A DNA stretch of 64,000 nt from Anaeromyxobacteraceae bacterium (GTDB lineage: Bacteria; Myxococcota; Myxococcia; Myxococcales; Anaeromyxobacteraceae): the NCBI GenBank assembly GCA_047602405.1, contig JASGHJ010000001.1, forward strand, positions 1,792,001-1,856,000, in the 5' to 3' direction. A model generated the notes under the pieces. The model did no database searches. It saw nothing but the letters and a program-made list of their open reading frames with translations, and had not been told where the DNA came from. Of the stretch, positions 47,708 to 58,613 are shown piece after piece (the stretch's first letter is position 1; each line of letters begins with the position of its first letter). The position numbers and the translations under genes were made by a program.

Positions 47708-48352
47708 ATGGCAGAGGTACCCGCCGGAACGGAGGCGCCCGCGACGGAGCCGTTCCGCCGGCACTACCTCCTCGACCGAGGGTTCCAGCTCAAGTACGCC
47801 GCCGTGATGGCCCTCGCTGGCCTCGCGGTCGCGGTCGTGTTCGGCCTGTGGGTGCACCAGGCCCACGCGCAGGCGACCGCCCTCCTGGGCGCCGACGCCG
47901 AGACCCGCGCGCTCGTGGAGCGGAGCGACCGGGTGCTGCTGGTGGTGCTCGGGGGCACCGCCCTGCTCCTCGCGGCGGCGCTGGGCCTCCTCGGCGTCGT
48001 CATCACCCACCGGGTGGCCGGCCCCGTCTTCGTGATGGGCCACTACCTCAAGATCATCTCCGAGGGGCGTTACCCGCGGATGCGGACCCTGCGCCGCTCG
48101 GACGAGCTGCGCGGCTTCTTCGGCACGTTCCTCGAGGCGGTCGACGCGCTCAAGAAGCGCGATCGGCGGCACGCCGAGGTCCTCGAGGACGCCGCCCAGC
48201 GCATGCGGGCCGCCGTCGGGCGCTCGCCGGAGCTGATGCCCGCCATCGAGGCCCTCGAGGCCGCCGCGCGCGAGCGCCGCCTCGCCCTCGCCTCCGACTC
48301 ACCCGAGCTCACCCCCATCGCCGTCCCCGCCCAGAAGCAGGGCGCGGCCTGA
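47708..48352 (+). CDS. Two-TM membrane protein with HAMP-like and coiled-coil region
   Basis: YLLDRGFQLKY, two TMs, THRVAGP...LRRSDEL. Confidence 0.75.
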   Translation: MAEVPAGTEAPATEPFRRHYLLDRGFQLKYAAVMALAGLAVAVVFGLWVHQAHAQATALLGADAETRALVERSDRVLLVVLGGTALLLAAALGLLGVVITHRVAGPVFVMGHYLKIISEGRYPRMRTLRRSDELRGFFGTFLEAVDALKKRDRRHAEVLEDAAQRMRAAVGRSPELMPAIEALEAAARERRLALASDSPELTPIAVPAQKQGAA

Positions 48353-48365
48353 TCCCGGAGCCCGC

Positions 48366-49964
48366 ATGCGCCACGCCCTCGCCGTCGCCTCGGCCCTCGC
48401 CCTCCTCGCCGCCGGGTGCGGCACCCCCACCGACCCGGAGGGCTGGGCGAAGCGCGCGGTCTCGCGCGCCCGCACCGACGAGAAGCTCGAGGCCGTCGGG
48501 AAGGTCCGCGCCCTCCTCGGCAAGGACAAGGACGGCAAGGCGCTCGCGACGCCCGAGCAGCGCCGCGCCGCCGTCGACCCGCTCGGCGAGCTCCTGAAGG
48601 ACAAGCAGGTGCCGGCGAAGGTCCGCGCCGAGGCGGCCGTGGCCCTCGGCGAGATCGGCGACACCCGCGCCGTGAAGGGGCTGCTCGACGCGGTCGACCC
48701 CTCGCCGCGCGACCGCGACGCCTCCGACCTCAACCGCCGGATCGCCGACGCCCTCGGCACCCTGAAGGCGACCGAGGCGGTGCCCTCGCTCGAGGCGCTC
48801 GCGAAGTCGGGCGACGGCTACACGCAGATCGCCGCGGTCGACGCGCTCGGCAAGATCGGCGACCCCGCCGCGGTCGACACGCTCGCCGACATCGCGAACG
48901 ACCCGAGGAGCGAGCCCTTCACCGCCCGCAAGGCCATCCTCGCCATCGGCCAGATCGGCGACGACGACAAGCACCTCGGCCGCGCCGCGGTGCTGAAGGC
49001 GATCTTCTCGCCGCGCGGCCTCTTCAACGAGGCCTCCTTCGCGACCTACCAGCTCGGGAAGGCGATGGCGGAGCCGCTCCTCCTCGTGCTCGAGGGCAAG
49101 GACGCGGAGCTCGCGGCCTGGGCGAAGGAGCAGGGCGTCCCGCCGGGCGCGCTCGCCGCGAAGGCGAGCCAGCTCCTCGGCGACGTCGGCGGCGCGGACG
49201 CGGTGCCGGTGCTCGTCTCGAAGCTGTCGTACACCGACCCCGAGCCGGAGGTGACCCGCGTCGTGCGCGTGTTCGTCGCCGACGCGCTCGCCCGGCTGCG
49301 CGCGAAGGAGGCCGTGCGGCCGGTGGGCGAGCTCGCCGCGGCCGAGAAGGACCCGCTCGTGCGCGAGCGCTACTGCGGCGCGCTCGCCCGCATCGGCGAC
49401 CCCGCCGCGCTGCCCACGCTGCGTGCCATGGCCGCCTCGGCCGGCTCGGCGGAGCTCAGGCTCGCGCCGCTCGTGGCGGTGTCGCGCCTCGGCGGGAAGG
49501 ACGACCGCGCCGCCGTGGAGGCCGCGAGGGCGAAGGACTGCCCGGAGGGCAAGTGCGCGAGCGACGGCATCAAGGCCGCCTACGACGGGATGCTCGCCCG
49601 GCTCGACGCCGCGGGCGCCTGCGGCGCGGACGCCGCCTGCTGGGAGAAGAAGCTCGAGGACCCGAGCGCCGCGGTGCGGGATCGCGCCGCGCTCGAGGTG
49701 GGCGCGGCGGGCAAGGCGAAGCAGGCCCCGGCGCTCGCCGCGGCCGTGGCGCGGCCGGTGAACGGCGACGCCGACGTCGACGCGCGCTTCCACGCGGTGC
49801 TCGCGCTGAAGTGGGTGCTCGCCCGGGAGCCGGTCGGGCCGGCCGGCGCGGACCTCGCGGGCCGCATCGACGCCGTGCTCGCGTCGGACCGCGGCCGCAC
49901 GCTCACCGCCGGGGTGAACGAGGACGCCCTGCGGGTGGCGACGGTGCTGCGCCGGGGGAGGTAG
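48366..49964 (+). CDS. HEAT-repeat lipoprotein
   Basis: Lipobox AAGC; repeated VRxxAAxALGxIGDxxAV units. Confidence 0.85.
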   Translation: MRHALAVASALALLAAGCGTPTDPEGWAKRAVSRARTDEKLEAVGKVRALLGKDKDGKALATPEQRRAAVDPLGELLKDKQVPAKVRAEAAVALGEIGDTRAVKGLLDAVDPSPRDRDASDLNRRIADALGTLKATEAVPSLEALAKSGDGYTQIAAVDALGKIGDPAAVDTLADIANDPRSEPFTARKAILAIGQIGDDDKHLGRAAVLKAIFSPRGLFNEASFATYQLGKAMAEPLLLVLEGKDAELAAWAKEQGVPPGALAAKASQLLGDVGGADAVPVLVSKLSYTDPEPEVTRVVRVFVADALARLRAKEAVRPVGELAAAEKDPLVRERYCGALARIGDPAALPTLRAMAASAGSAELRLAPLVAVSRLGGKDDRAAVEAARAKDCPEGKCASDGIKAAYDGMLARLDAAGACGADAACWEKKLEDPSAAVRDRAALEVGAAGKAKQAPALAAAVARPVNGDADVDARFHAVLALKWVLAREPVGPAGADLAGRIDAVLASDRGRTLTAGVNEDALRVATVLRRGR

Positions 49965-51294
49965 CGCCCGGAGGGGTGGGGGCGGCGGCCTTCCCGTCCC
50001 ACGCGCTCGGCAGGAGGCTGAAGGGCAGGAGCTTCGCGAGGAGCGGCAGGAGGATCGCGCCGCCCGGCGCCGCGAAGATCGCGAGCGCCGGGACCGCCTT
50101 CGCGAGGTCCACGAGCTGCTCGCGCACCTTCCGGCGCTCCTCGGGCGTGAGCACCCCGCCCGCGGCCGCCTTCGCGACGAGCTGGCCGAGCTCGCCGGTC
50201 TCCTTGAGCTCGGTCGCGAGCGCCTCGAGGTTGCCGGCCACGACGCCGGAGACCTTCTCGAGGACGTCGTCGGTCGCGGCCTCCCACTCCTCGGCCACCA
50301 CGGCCCAGTCGCGCGCGCCGCCCGCCACGGCGGGCAGCTCCTCCTGGCCGGCGTGCTGGGCGGCGGCCTCGAGCTGCGCCGCGAGCACCGCCGCGGCCTC
50401 GAGCCCGGTGGCGCGCGCGAACGCCTCCACGTACGCCACCGCCGGCGGGGAGAGCAGGCCCCGGCGCAGCTGCGCGAGCCGGAGCTGCTCGAGCAGGAAC
50501 GGCCGGCTCGCGGGCGGCGAGACGGCCGCGAGGACCTCCCCGGTGCGCGGCGAGCGGACCCCGTGGCGCGCGGCCCGCGCCTCCACGCGCGACAGCCCGA
50601 CGTGGGCGACCTGCCGGACGCGCACCGCGAGGTCGCGCTCGGAGGGGGCCTCGGCCGCGGCGAGCAGCCCTGCGAGGGCCTCGGCGACGAGCGAGGTCTC
50701 GAGGCCCGCGTGCGCCGCGTGGCGGGCGAGGGCGTCCGCGGTGAGCGCGCCCTCCCGGTGGAAGCCGGAGGCGACGCGCGCGAGGCGGCGCCGGAACAGC
50801 GCGAGCACCGCGGGCCGGATGGGGAGCCCGCCCGGCGGCTCGGCGGGCGGCCAGAAGCGCGCGTGCAGGACGCGCGCGGCGGAGGCGAGCGCGCGGGCGA
50901 CCGCGGCGTCGGAGGCTCCACCGGGCTCGTCCGGCCGGGCCGCGAGCGCCGCGGCGTGGGCGCCGCAGGCGGCCGCGAGGAAGGCGGCGATCTCGGCCCG
51001 CGCGCGGGCGCGGACGAAGGGGACGCCCCGGAGCGCGCCGAGGTCGAGCAGGAGCCCGACGTGCCGGCGGACCTCCTCGAGGAACACGGCCTCCGGCGTC
51101 GCGTCCGGCGCCGCCCGCCGGCGCATCGCCCGCGCGACCAGCACCCGTCCCGCCGCGGCGAGGTCCGTCGCCGACTCCGCCGCCTCGAGCACCTCCGCCG
51201 GCAGCCGGGCCCGCGCCTGCGCCGGGTCGTAGGCCTCGAGCTCGCCGTCGACGAGCGCCCCGAGCCAGCCGCGATCGGTGAGGGAGACGGCCAT
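49903..51294 (-). CDS. Protein with C-terminal LETM1-like region
   Basis: ATG 51294; [12 protein letters not shown]...[35 protein letters not shown]...LLPSAW. Confidence 0.7.
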   Translation of the reverse strand: MAVSLTDRGWLGALVDGELEAYDPAQARARLPAEVLEAAESATDLAAAGRVLVARAMRRRAAPDATPEAVFLEEVRRHVGLLLDLGALRGVPFVRARARAEIAAFLAAACGAHAAALAARPDEPGGASDAAVARALASAARVLHARFWPPAEPPGGLPIRPAVLALFRRRLARVASGFHREGALTADALARHAAHAGLETSLVAEALAGLLAAAEAPSERDLAVRVRQVAHVGLSRVEARAARHGVRSPRTGEVLAAVSPPASRPFLLEQLRLAQLRRGLLSPPAVAYVEAFARATGLEAAAVLAAQLEAAAQHAGQEELPAVAGGARDWAVVAEEWEAATDDVLEKVSGVVAGNLEALATELKETGELGQLVAKAAAGGVLTPEERRKVREQLVDLAKAVPALAIFAAPGGAILLPLLAKLLPFSLLPSAWDGKAAAPTPPGATSPGAAPSPPAGRPRSPRR

Positions 51295-51346
51295 GGTGAG
51301 GTCCGGGGATGAGACTACCCCGGCTGCACGAAATGAGCGGGCCGCC

Positions 51347-51395
51347 TCCCTCGACTCCGGCCCGCCTCCGGCGGGCCTACGCTCGGGACGAACGG
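51347..51395 (-). repeat. REP-like repeat copy E
   Basis: TCCCTCGACTCC-GGCCCGCC-TCC-GGCGGGCC-TACGCTCGGGACGAACGG. Confidence 0.9.
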
Positions 51396-51427
51396 GTAGG
51401 AACCAGAGTCCCGACCAGTCCCGACCA

Positions 51428-51474
51428 GTCCCGAGCGTAGCCGTGGCCTGGGCTTCTCCAGGCACACCTCGACG
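51428..51474 (+). repeat. Degenerate opposite-orientation copy F, preceded by a CCGACCAGTC tandem duplication
   Basis: GTCCCGAGCGTAGCC-GTGGCCTGG...CCAGGCAC-ACCTCGACG. Confidence 0.5.
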
Positions 51475-51530
51475 CGTGAGCGAGGGAGGAGAGGGAGGAG
51501 AGGGAGATGGGCGAATGAGGCGAAAGGGCC

Positions 51531-52607
<1,077 letters not shown>

Positions 52608-52728
52608 CGCGTTCTCCGTTCTGCGTTGCTGGTGCTGGTGTGGCCGCTGCTGGGGGTGAGGTGCTGCGGTGGCCGCGGCGTCGACGACGGTTGCTCTAGC
52701 AGGTGGATACGACAGCGGCTGGAATCGA

Positions 52729-52761
52729 CCTGAACGGATGGATACCTGAACGGACGGCTTC
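52729..52761 (-). promoter_or_regulatory. Tandem LexA-box-like sites upstream of recA
   Basis: CCTGAACGGA repeated at 52729 and 52745; minus strand GTATCCATCCGTTCAGG resembles the Myxococcus LexA consensus ending in GTTCAG. Confidence 0.65.
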
Positions 52762-52896
52762 GCGGCAAGAAAATTGGCGTAAATACCTACGGGGTGCGAA
52801 GAACGGGGTAACCAGGGGGGTATTCGCCGCTTCGCCCGTACGGGGCGAGGTCGACGTCGCGTCCGGAGGGACGACGTCGCAAGGGACCAGACGACG

Positions 52897-53484
52897 ATGC
52901 CCGCCGACCGCAAGGACCTCGCTGCCCGCATCGCGGTCGCCACCCCGCACGACACCGTCCGCGGCGTGGTCTTCAACGCGATCTTCTCGGTCGTGCGCGA
53001 GCACGCCGACGAGGCCGCCGCCCGCAAGGTCGACAGCGTCTCGGGCAAGGGCTCGCGCACCGAGTTCTTCACGTACCCCGTGGCCGACTACCTCAACCTC
53101 ATCTTCAACGCGGCCGACCTCCTCGAGCGCCAGCTCGGCGGCACCGACCCCGTCTACTACAAGGTCGGCGCGCGCGCGGCGGAGCTCATCGCCGCCTCCA
53201 TGCTCGGCAAGACGCTCCTCGCGCTCGCCGCGGGCGGCGGCACCCGCGCGCTCATGCAGCACATGCCCGGCGGCTACCGCGCCACCGTGAGCTACGGCGA
53301 GCGCACCGTCACCTGGCTCGGCGACAGGCACGCGCGCTACGTCTTCACGCGCGACTTCCTCGTGCCGCCGTTCCACGCGGGCGTGCTCGCCGTCGGCGCG
53401 ATCGTCGGCGGCGGGAAGAACGTGAAGGCCACCGGACGCCAGACCGGCCTGCTCGAGGCCGTCTACGACGTGACCTGGGAGTGA
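52897..53484 (+). CDS. DUF2378 / Myxococcales paralogous family protein
   Basis: DLAARI...[49 protein letters not shown]. Confidence 0.8.
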   Translation: MPADRKDLAARIAVATPHDTVRGVVFNAIFSVVREHADEAAARKVDSVSGKGSRTEFFTYPVADYLNLIFNAADLLERQLGGTDPVYYKVGARAAELIAASMLGKTLLALAAGGGTRALMQHMPGGYRATVSYGERTVTWLGDRHARYVFTRDFLVPPFHAGVLAVGAIVGGGKNVKATGRQTGLLEAVYDVTWE

Positions 53485-53499
53485 AGTTTCACGGGGGGC

Positions 53500-53547
53500 G
53501 TCCCTCGACTCCGGCCCGCTTCGCGGGCCTACGCTCGGGATGAGCGG
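53500..53547 (-). repeat. REP-like repeat copy G, between convergent genes
   Basis: GTCCCTCGACTCC-GGCCCGC-TTC-GCGGGCC-TACGCTCGGGATGAGCGG. Confidence 0.9.
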
Positions 53548-53564
53548 TTCCCCCCGCCCCGAGC

Positions 53565-54167
53565 TCAGGCCTTCGCGCCGCCGCCCCCCACCAGGAAGCC
53601 CCCCGGATCGAGCCCGAGCCGCCGCACGGCGAGATCCCAGCGCTGCTCGAGGGGCACGTCGAACACGAGGTCGGTGTGGAGCGGCATCGGGATCGACGCG
53701 CCGCTCCCGACCTCCTCCTCCACCTGCAAGGGCGCCCAGCCCGCGTAGCCGAGGAGCAGGTGGTACGGGCCCGCGCCGCGCGTGTGCACGAGCGCCTCGA
53801 GGAGCTCCCTCGAGCCGCCGAGCGAGAGGCCCTCGCAGACCTCCACCGAGCCGGCCGCGTCGGGCGCGACCGCGCCGGGCCGGAAGAGCACCCACAGCCG
53901 CTCGGGCTGCACCGGCCCGCCCACGAGCACCGGCCCGCCGGCGAGCCCGCCGAGCTCTCCCGCCACGCGCAGCTCGTCGTCGACCGAGCCGAGCACCTCG
54001 CCGATCGAGACGGGCCCGGCGCGGTTCACGACGAAGCCGAGCGCGCCCTCGCCGTGGTGCTCGGCCATGAGGACGAGGGAGCCCGCGAAGTTCGGATCGG
54101 CGAGCGCGGGCGCCGCGACGAGGAACCCCGGCGCGAGCCCGGAGGCGGTGGCGACCGACTCTGCCAT
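53565..54167 (-). CDS. YqgE/AlgH family protein
   Basis: FLVAAPALADPNF, GALGFVVNR, GGPVQPE, LGYAGWAPLQ. Confidence 0.9.
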   Translation of the reverse strand: MAESVATASGLAPGFLVAAPALADPNFAGSLVLMAEHHGEGALGFVVNRAGPVSIGEVLGSVDDELRVAGELGGLAGGPVLVGGPVQPERLWVLFRPGAVAPDAAGSVEVCEGLSLGGSRELLEALVHTRGAGPYHLLLGYAGWAPLQVEEEVGSGASIPMPLHTDLVFDVPLEQRWDLAVRRLGLDPGGFLVGGGGAKA

Positions 54168-54205
54168 GAGGGAGAGGGTCGCGCGCCGGGGGCCCGCGGC
54201 GCAAG

Positions 54206-54256
54206 CCCCTCGACTCCGGCCCGCGGAGCTGCGCTCCACGGAGCCTACGCTCGGGG
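54206..54256 (-). repeat. REP-like repeat copy H with extended central stem
   Basis: CCCCTCGACTCC-GGCCCGCGGAGC-TGC-GCTCCACGGAGCC-TACGCTCGGGG. Confidence 0.85.
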
Positions 54257-54267
54257 CGGCTCGCCCG

Positions 54268-55443
54268 TCAGGGGAATGCGGGCGCGACCGTCGCCGTCAC
54301 CGGCTCCCAGCCCTTGCGCTCGGCCACCGCCGCGCGCAGGAAGGCGCGGACCTTCGCCGCGTCGGTCGGGTCGATGTCCTTGCGCGCGAGCTTGCGCAGG
54401 CGCGGCTCCCCGGTGAGGCGATCGACGACCACGAGCTCGACGAGGAGGTCGTCGCCCGCGAACATGCCCCGGTCGTCGAGCGGCAGCGCCGGCGGGGGGC
54501 CGAGGCGCAGCTCGCTGAGCTCGGGTGGCGCTTCCTCCGGCATCGGGAGCGCCGCGCCGGGCGCCTCCTCGGCGGCGCCGGCGGGCGCGACCGTCCACGA
54601 CTCGAGCGGCTGCTGGAAGCCGTTCGCGTAAGGGCCTTCCTCGTAGGGGCCGGCGTACGGCGCCGGCGGCGGCGGCGTGAGGTCGACGTACACGCCCCAG
54701 TTCACGTAGGGGTCACCCCACACGTAGACGCCGTCGTGCGGGTAGCGGGGCGGCACGGCCCAGGGCACGGGCGCCGGGCGGACGCCGGGCGCGGGCCGCA
54801 CCCCGGGCACCGGGGGACGGACCGGGCGCGGGCCGCGCGTGGGCAGTGGGATCGGCAGCCCGCCGCGCCCGCCGCCGCGCGCGATGGCGCCGCCCGCATG
54901 CGTCGCGCCGCGGGCGGGCGCCGGCGCCGCGCGGGCGCCGCCGCCCGAGACCTTCGGCACCTTGCCGCCTCCACCGCCCTTGCCCTCGGTGAGCACGAGG
55001 ATGGCGATGGCGACCACGACAACGAAGCCGACCACGAGGCCGACCGTCGCCGCGGTCTGGTTGGCGCGGCGCCCCGAGGTCCGCGTCACGCCCTGCGCGC
55101 GCACGACGAGGAGGCCGTCGTCGTCGCCGGGCGCCGTGAGGCCCTTCGCGGCCTCCGCGAGCGCCCGCTGCGCCTTCGCGCCGGCCTCCTGCTGCTCGGC
55201 CTGCGTGGGCGCCTCGCCGCCCTCCACCCAGAGCGCGAGCTGCGGGTCCACGGCGCCGCCGCGGACCGGGATGACCTCGGGCATCAGGGTCGCGGGCGCG
55301 CGCACCGAGGCGCAGCCGAACGTGAAGAGGACCGCGAGCGAGAGGACGCGCAGGCCGCGCGACGGGCGGCCGCTGCCAGCGAGGGGTGCGCCAGGCACCC
55401 CTCGACGAGGACCGTGCCGGCGGGTGGGCGTCTTCGGCAGCAT
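54268..55443 (-). CDS. Hypothetical lipoprotein-like protein with internal TM and Gly/Pro-rich region
   Basis: ATG 55443 with GGAG SD; LFTFGC lipobox-like; TM VGLVVGFVVVVAIAILVL; codon pattern consistent with real genes. Confidence 0.7.
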   Translation of the reverse strand: MLPKTPTRRHGPRRGVPGAPLAGSGRPSRGLRVLSLAVLFTFGCASVRAPATLMPEVIPVRGGAVDPQLALWVEGGEAPTQAEQQEAGAKAQRALAEAAKGLTAPGDDDGLLVVRAQGVTRTSGRRANQTAATVGLVVGFVVVVAIAILVLTEGKGGGGGKVPKVSGGGARAAPAPARGATHAGGAIARGGGRGGLPIPLPTRGPRPVRPPVPGVRPAPGVRPAPVPWAVPPRYPHDGVYVWGDPYVNWGVYVDLTPPPPAPYAGPYEEGPYANGFQQPLESWTVAPAGAAEEAPGAALPMPEEAPPELSELRLGPPPALPLDDRGMFAGDDLLVELVVVDRLTGEPRLRKLARKDIDPTDAAKVRAFLRAAVAERKGWEPVTATVAPAFP

Positions 55444-55490
55444 CGGAGGCTCCAGGGAGGGCGGCACATCTTCGCCGCAACCGATGCGGA

Positions 55491-55507
55491 TTGCACGGCG
55501 TGCGCCA
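55491..55507 (-). promoter_or_regulatory. Sigma-54 promoter
   Basis: Minus strand TGGCGCACGCCGTGCAA = GG-N10-GC. Confidence 0.65.
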
Positions 55508-55582
55508 GCCAGGGCGCGGCCGAAGCCCGCGAAAGCAGGCGGCCGGGCGCCACACGGGGGGACGGCCCGGCGTGCCGGACAT

Positions 55583-56167
55583 TCACGGCGTGGCGAGCGG
55601 CGCCCGCAGGAGGTCCTCGTAGCGGGGCCCGGCGGGCGACAGGTGCGACTCGACCAGCGCGATGAAGTCGACCGCCCATGGGACGGGCGCGGCCCCGTCC
55701 GCGCCCGCGAGCGCACCCGCGAGGCGGGGCGCGCCCCGGGGATCCCGGGCGCGGCCGACCGTGAGGTGCGGCGAGAACGCCCGCTCCTCCGGAGGGAACC
55801 CCAGCGGCGCGAGGTGGCGGCCGAGGTCCGCGGCGAGCGCCGAGAGCGCGGCCACCTCGCCACCGACGCCGAGCCAGAGGACCCGCGGCCGGCGCGCGGA
55901 GGGGAAGGCGCCCGGGCCGCCGAGCGCGAGCGTGAACCTCGCCGCCGCGGCGGCGGCGCCCCGCACGGCGGCCTCCACGTCCGGCACCCGCCCGGCGGGC
56001 ACGCCGCCCAGGAACCGGAGCGTGAGGTGGACGTTCCCCGGCGCCACCCAGCGCACGTCGGCGGCGGCCGGGCCGGCGGCCCCGCGCAGCGCCGCGACGC
56101 GCGCGGCCGCGGCCTCGAGGACGGGCGCGGGCGGGCGGAGGGCGACGAACAGCCGGCGGGTGGTCAC
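55583..56167 (-). CDS. thpR: RNA 2',3'-cyclic phosphodiesterase (2H family)
   Basis: RLFVAL, HLTLRFLG, PRVLW, FSPHLTVGR. Confidence 0.92.
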   Translation of the reverse strand: MTTRRLFVALRPPAPVLEAAAARVAALRGAAGPAAADVRWVAPGNVHLTLRFLGGVPAGRVPDVEAAVRGAAAAAARFTLALGGPGAFPSARRPRVLWLGVGGEVAALSALAADLGRHLAPLGFPPEERAFSPHLTVGRARDPRGAPRLAGALAGADGAAPVPWAVDFIALVESHLSPAGPRYEDLLRAPLATP

Positions 56168-56248
56168 GAAGGCGAGGGTGCCGTCTCTCGCCGGCCCCGG
56201 CAAACCCTCCTTGACGGAAACGCCTGCGGGGCCTACTCACGCGAACCC

Positions 56249-58324
56249 ATGCGCCGACCCCTCACGCCCGCCCTCCTGCTCGCCGCCCTCCTCGCCCCCT
56301 GCCTCGCCGCCGCCGACGAGGGCATGTGGACCTTCGACCGCTTCCCCGCGGACGCGGTGCAGAAGAAGTACGGCGTGAAGACCGACGCGCGCTGGCTCGA
56401 GGCCCTCCGGCTCGGCTCGGCCCGCATCGCGCAGGGCTGCTCGGCGAGCTTCGTGTCGGCCGACGGCCTCGTGATGACGAACCACCACTGCGTCCACACC
56501 TGCGTCGAGCAGCTCTCGACCGGCGGCAAGGACCTCGTGAAGGACGGGTTCGTCGCGGCGAAGGTGGCCGACGAGAAGAAGTGCCCCGACCTCGAGCTCA
56601 ACCAGCTCGTGGGCATCACCGACGTCACGGCGAAGGTGAAGGACGCGACGAAGGGGCTCGACGGCGAGGGCTGGAAGAGGGCGTTCGACGCGACGAAGGC
56701 CGGGCTCGAGAAGGGCTGCCAGACCTCGCCCGAGCTGCGCTGCGAGCTCGTCACGCTGTTCCAGGGCGGCGCCTACGCCGTCTACGCCTACCGCCGGTAC
56801 GCCGACGTCCGGCTCGTCTTCGCGCCGGAGTTCGGCATCGCGTTCTTCGGCGGCGACCCCGACAACTTCGAGTTCCCCCGCTACGACCTCGACTCCGCCT
56901 TCGTGCGCGTCTACGAGGGCGGCAAGCCCGCCCGGATGAAGAGCTTCCTGCGCTGGTCGCCCGCGGGCGCGAAGGCGGGCGAGCCGGTGTTCGTCTCGGG
57001 CAACCCGGGCACGACCCACCGCGGCTACACCGCCGCCCAGCTCGGCTACGAGCGCGAGGTCGCGGTGCCGGAGCGCCTCGCCGAGCTCTCCGAGCTGCGC
57101 GGCGTGCTGCGCGGCTACCAGCGCGAGGGCGCGGAGGAGAAGCGCACCTCGACGGCGCTGCTCTTCTACACGGAGAACTCGCTCAAGGTGTACCGCGGCC
57201 TCCTCGCGGCGCTCACCGAGCCCTCGGTCAAGAAGGACGTCGAGGATCGCGAGCGGGCGCTGCGCGCGCGCATCGCCGCGAAGCCCGAGGTGGCCGCGAA
57301 GGCGGACCCGGCGTTCGCCGCCCTCGAGGCGGTGCAGGTGACGAAGCGGTCGCTCCGGACCGCGTACGGCGCGCTCGAGAAGCGCCCGGCCCCCGGCTCG
57401 CACCTCTTCTCGTTCGCGCGCGACCTCGTGCGCGGGGCGGCGGAGCGCGCGAAGCCGAGCGCGGACCGGCTCCCCGAGTTCGCCGACGCGAAGCTGCCCG
57501 CCCTCGAGGACGAGCTCCTCGGGCCGGTGCCGGTGCCCGCGAAGCTCGAGGCGCTGCTCGTCGGCTGGGGCCTCTCCCGGGCGCGCGAGCTGCTCGGGCC
57601 GGACCACCCCGCGGTGAAGCGCGCGCTCGGCCAGGCGTCGCCCGAGGAGGTCGCGGCGAAGCTCGTGGAGGGCACGAAGCTCGCGGACCCCGCGGTGCGC
57701 AAGGCGCTCTGGGACGGCGGCCCCGCGGCGGTGGCCGCCTCGACCGATCCGCTCGTCGTCTGGATGCGCGCGTTCGACGTCGACGCCCGCGCCGCCCGCA
57801 AGGCCTGGGACGACGCCGTCGAGGGGCCGCAGAAGAAGGCGAGCGCCGCCGTCGCCGACGCGCGGCTCGCGGTGGACGGGACGAACGGGTACCCCGACGC
57901 CACCTTCACGGCGCGGGTCTCGTACGGCGCCGTGAAGGGCTGGACCGACCCCGTGAAGGGCGAGGTCGCCCCGTTCACGACCTTCGCCGGCGCCTACGCG
58001 CGGCACACCGGGCGCGACCCGTTCGCGCTGCCGCCCTCGTGGCTCGCCGCGAAGGACAAGGTGCGGCTCGACCTGCCCTTCGACCTCGTCACCGACAACG
58101 ACATCATCGGCGGCAACTCCGGCTCGCCCCTCGTGAACGCGAAGCTCGAGGTGGTGGGGCTGGTGTTCGACGGGAACCTCCCCTCGATCGCCGGCGACTA
58201 CTTCTTCGACGCGGCGCTCAACCGGACCGTGGCGGTGGACTCGCGCGCGATCGTCGAGGCGCTCGAGAAGGTCTACGGCGCGAAGCCGATCGCCGACGAG
58301 CTCAGGGCGGGCAAGCGCCCCTGA
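56249..58324 (+). CDS. S46 family dipeptidyl peptidase
   Basis: Signal peptide, ADEGMW, CSASFVS, TNHHC, YPDATFT, DIIGGNSGSP. Confidence 0.95.
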   Translation: MRRPLTPALLLAALLAPCLAAADEGMWTFDRFPADAVQKKYGVKTDARWLEALRLGSARIAQGCSASFVSADGLVMTNHHCVHTCVEQLSTGGKDLVKDGFVAAKVADEKKCPDLELNQLVGITDVTAKVKDATKGLDGEGWKRAFDATKAGLEKGCQTSPELRCELVTLFQGGAYAVYAYRRYADVRLVFAPEFGIAFFGGDPDNFEFPRYDLDSAFVRVYEGGKPARMKSFLRWSPAGAKAGEPVFVSGNPGTTHRGYTAAQLGYEREVAVPERLAELSELRGVLRGYQREGAEEKRTSTALLFYTENSLKVYRGLLAALTEPSVKKDVEDRERALRARIAAKPEVAAKADPAFAALEAVQVTKRSLRTAYGALEKRPAPGSHLFSFARDLVRGAAERAKPSADRLPEFADAKLPALEDELLGPVPVPAKLEALLVGWGLSRARELLGPDHPAVKRALGQASPEEVAAKLVEGTKLADPAVRKALWDGGPAAVAASTDPLVVWMRAFDVDARAARKAWDDAVEGPQKKASAAVADARLAVDGTNGYPDATFTARVSYGAVKGWTDPVKGEVAPFTTFAGAYARHTGRDPFALPPSWLAAKDKVRLDLPFDLVTDNDIIGGNSGSPLVNAKLEVVGLVFDGNLPSIAGDYFFDAALNRTVAVDSRAIVEALEKVYGAKPIADELRAGKRP

Positions 58325-58531
58325 TCGCGGCCGGGACGCGGCGAGTTCACGTTCCGTGTCGGGCGAGGCCGACCCCTGGGTCGGACGGGCACCGCCTGCT
58401 CGGACGGGGCGCCCGCCCTGGTACGCGGACGGTAAGTCCGTGTCCTCCGGATTCGGCCCCTGATCACGGCCGGATCGCGGCAAAGCGGCGGTGCGCGCCT
58501 GGGCGCACCCCGAACCGCTGCGTCTCCCCGT

Positions 58532-58547
58532 TGGTACGCAACCTGCT
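58532..58547 (+). promoter_or_regulatory. Sigma-54 promoter of MCP
   Basis: TGGTACGCAACCTGCT = GG-N10-GC. Confidence 0.7.
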
Positions 58548-58613
58548 CATGGGACGGGCACGCCCGCCGGCGCGCCCGGCGGGTCACACATCACCCCAGG
58601 GCGGCCCATCTCC

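Noticed and set aside
52608..53072. 155-aa N-terminal extension of RecA in the ORF track
   Set aside because: Overlaps the divergent DUF2378 gene and the LexA boxes; SD and homology support ATG 52607
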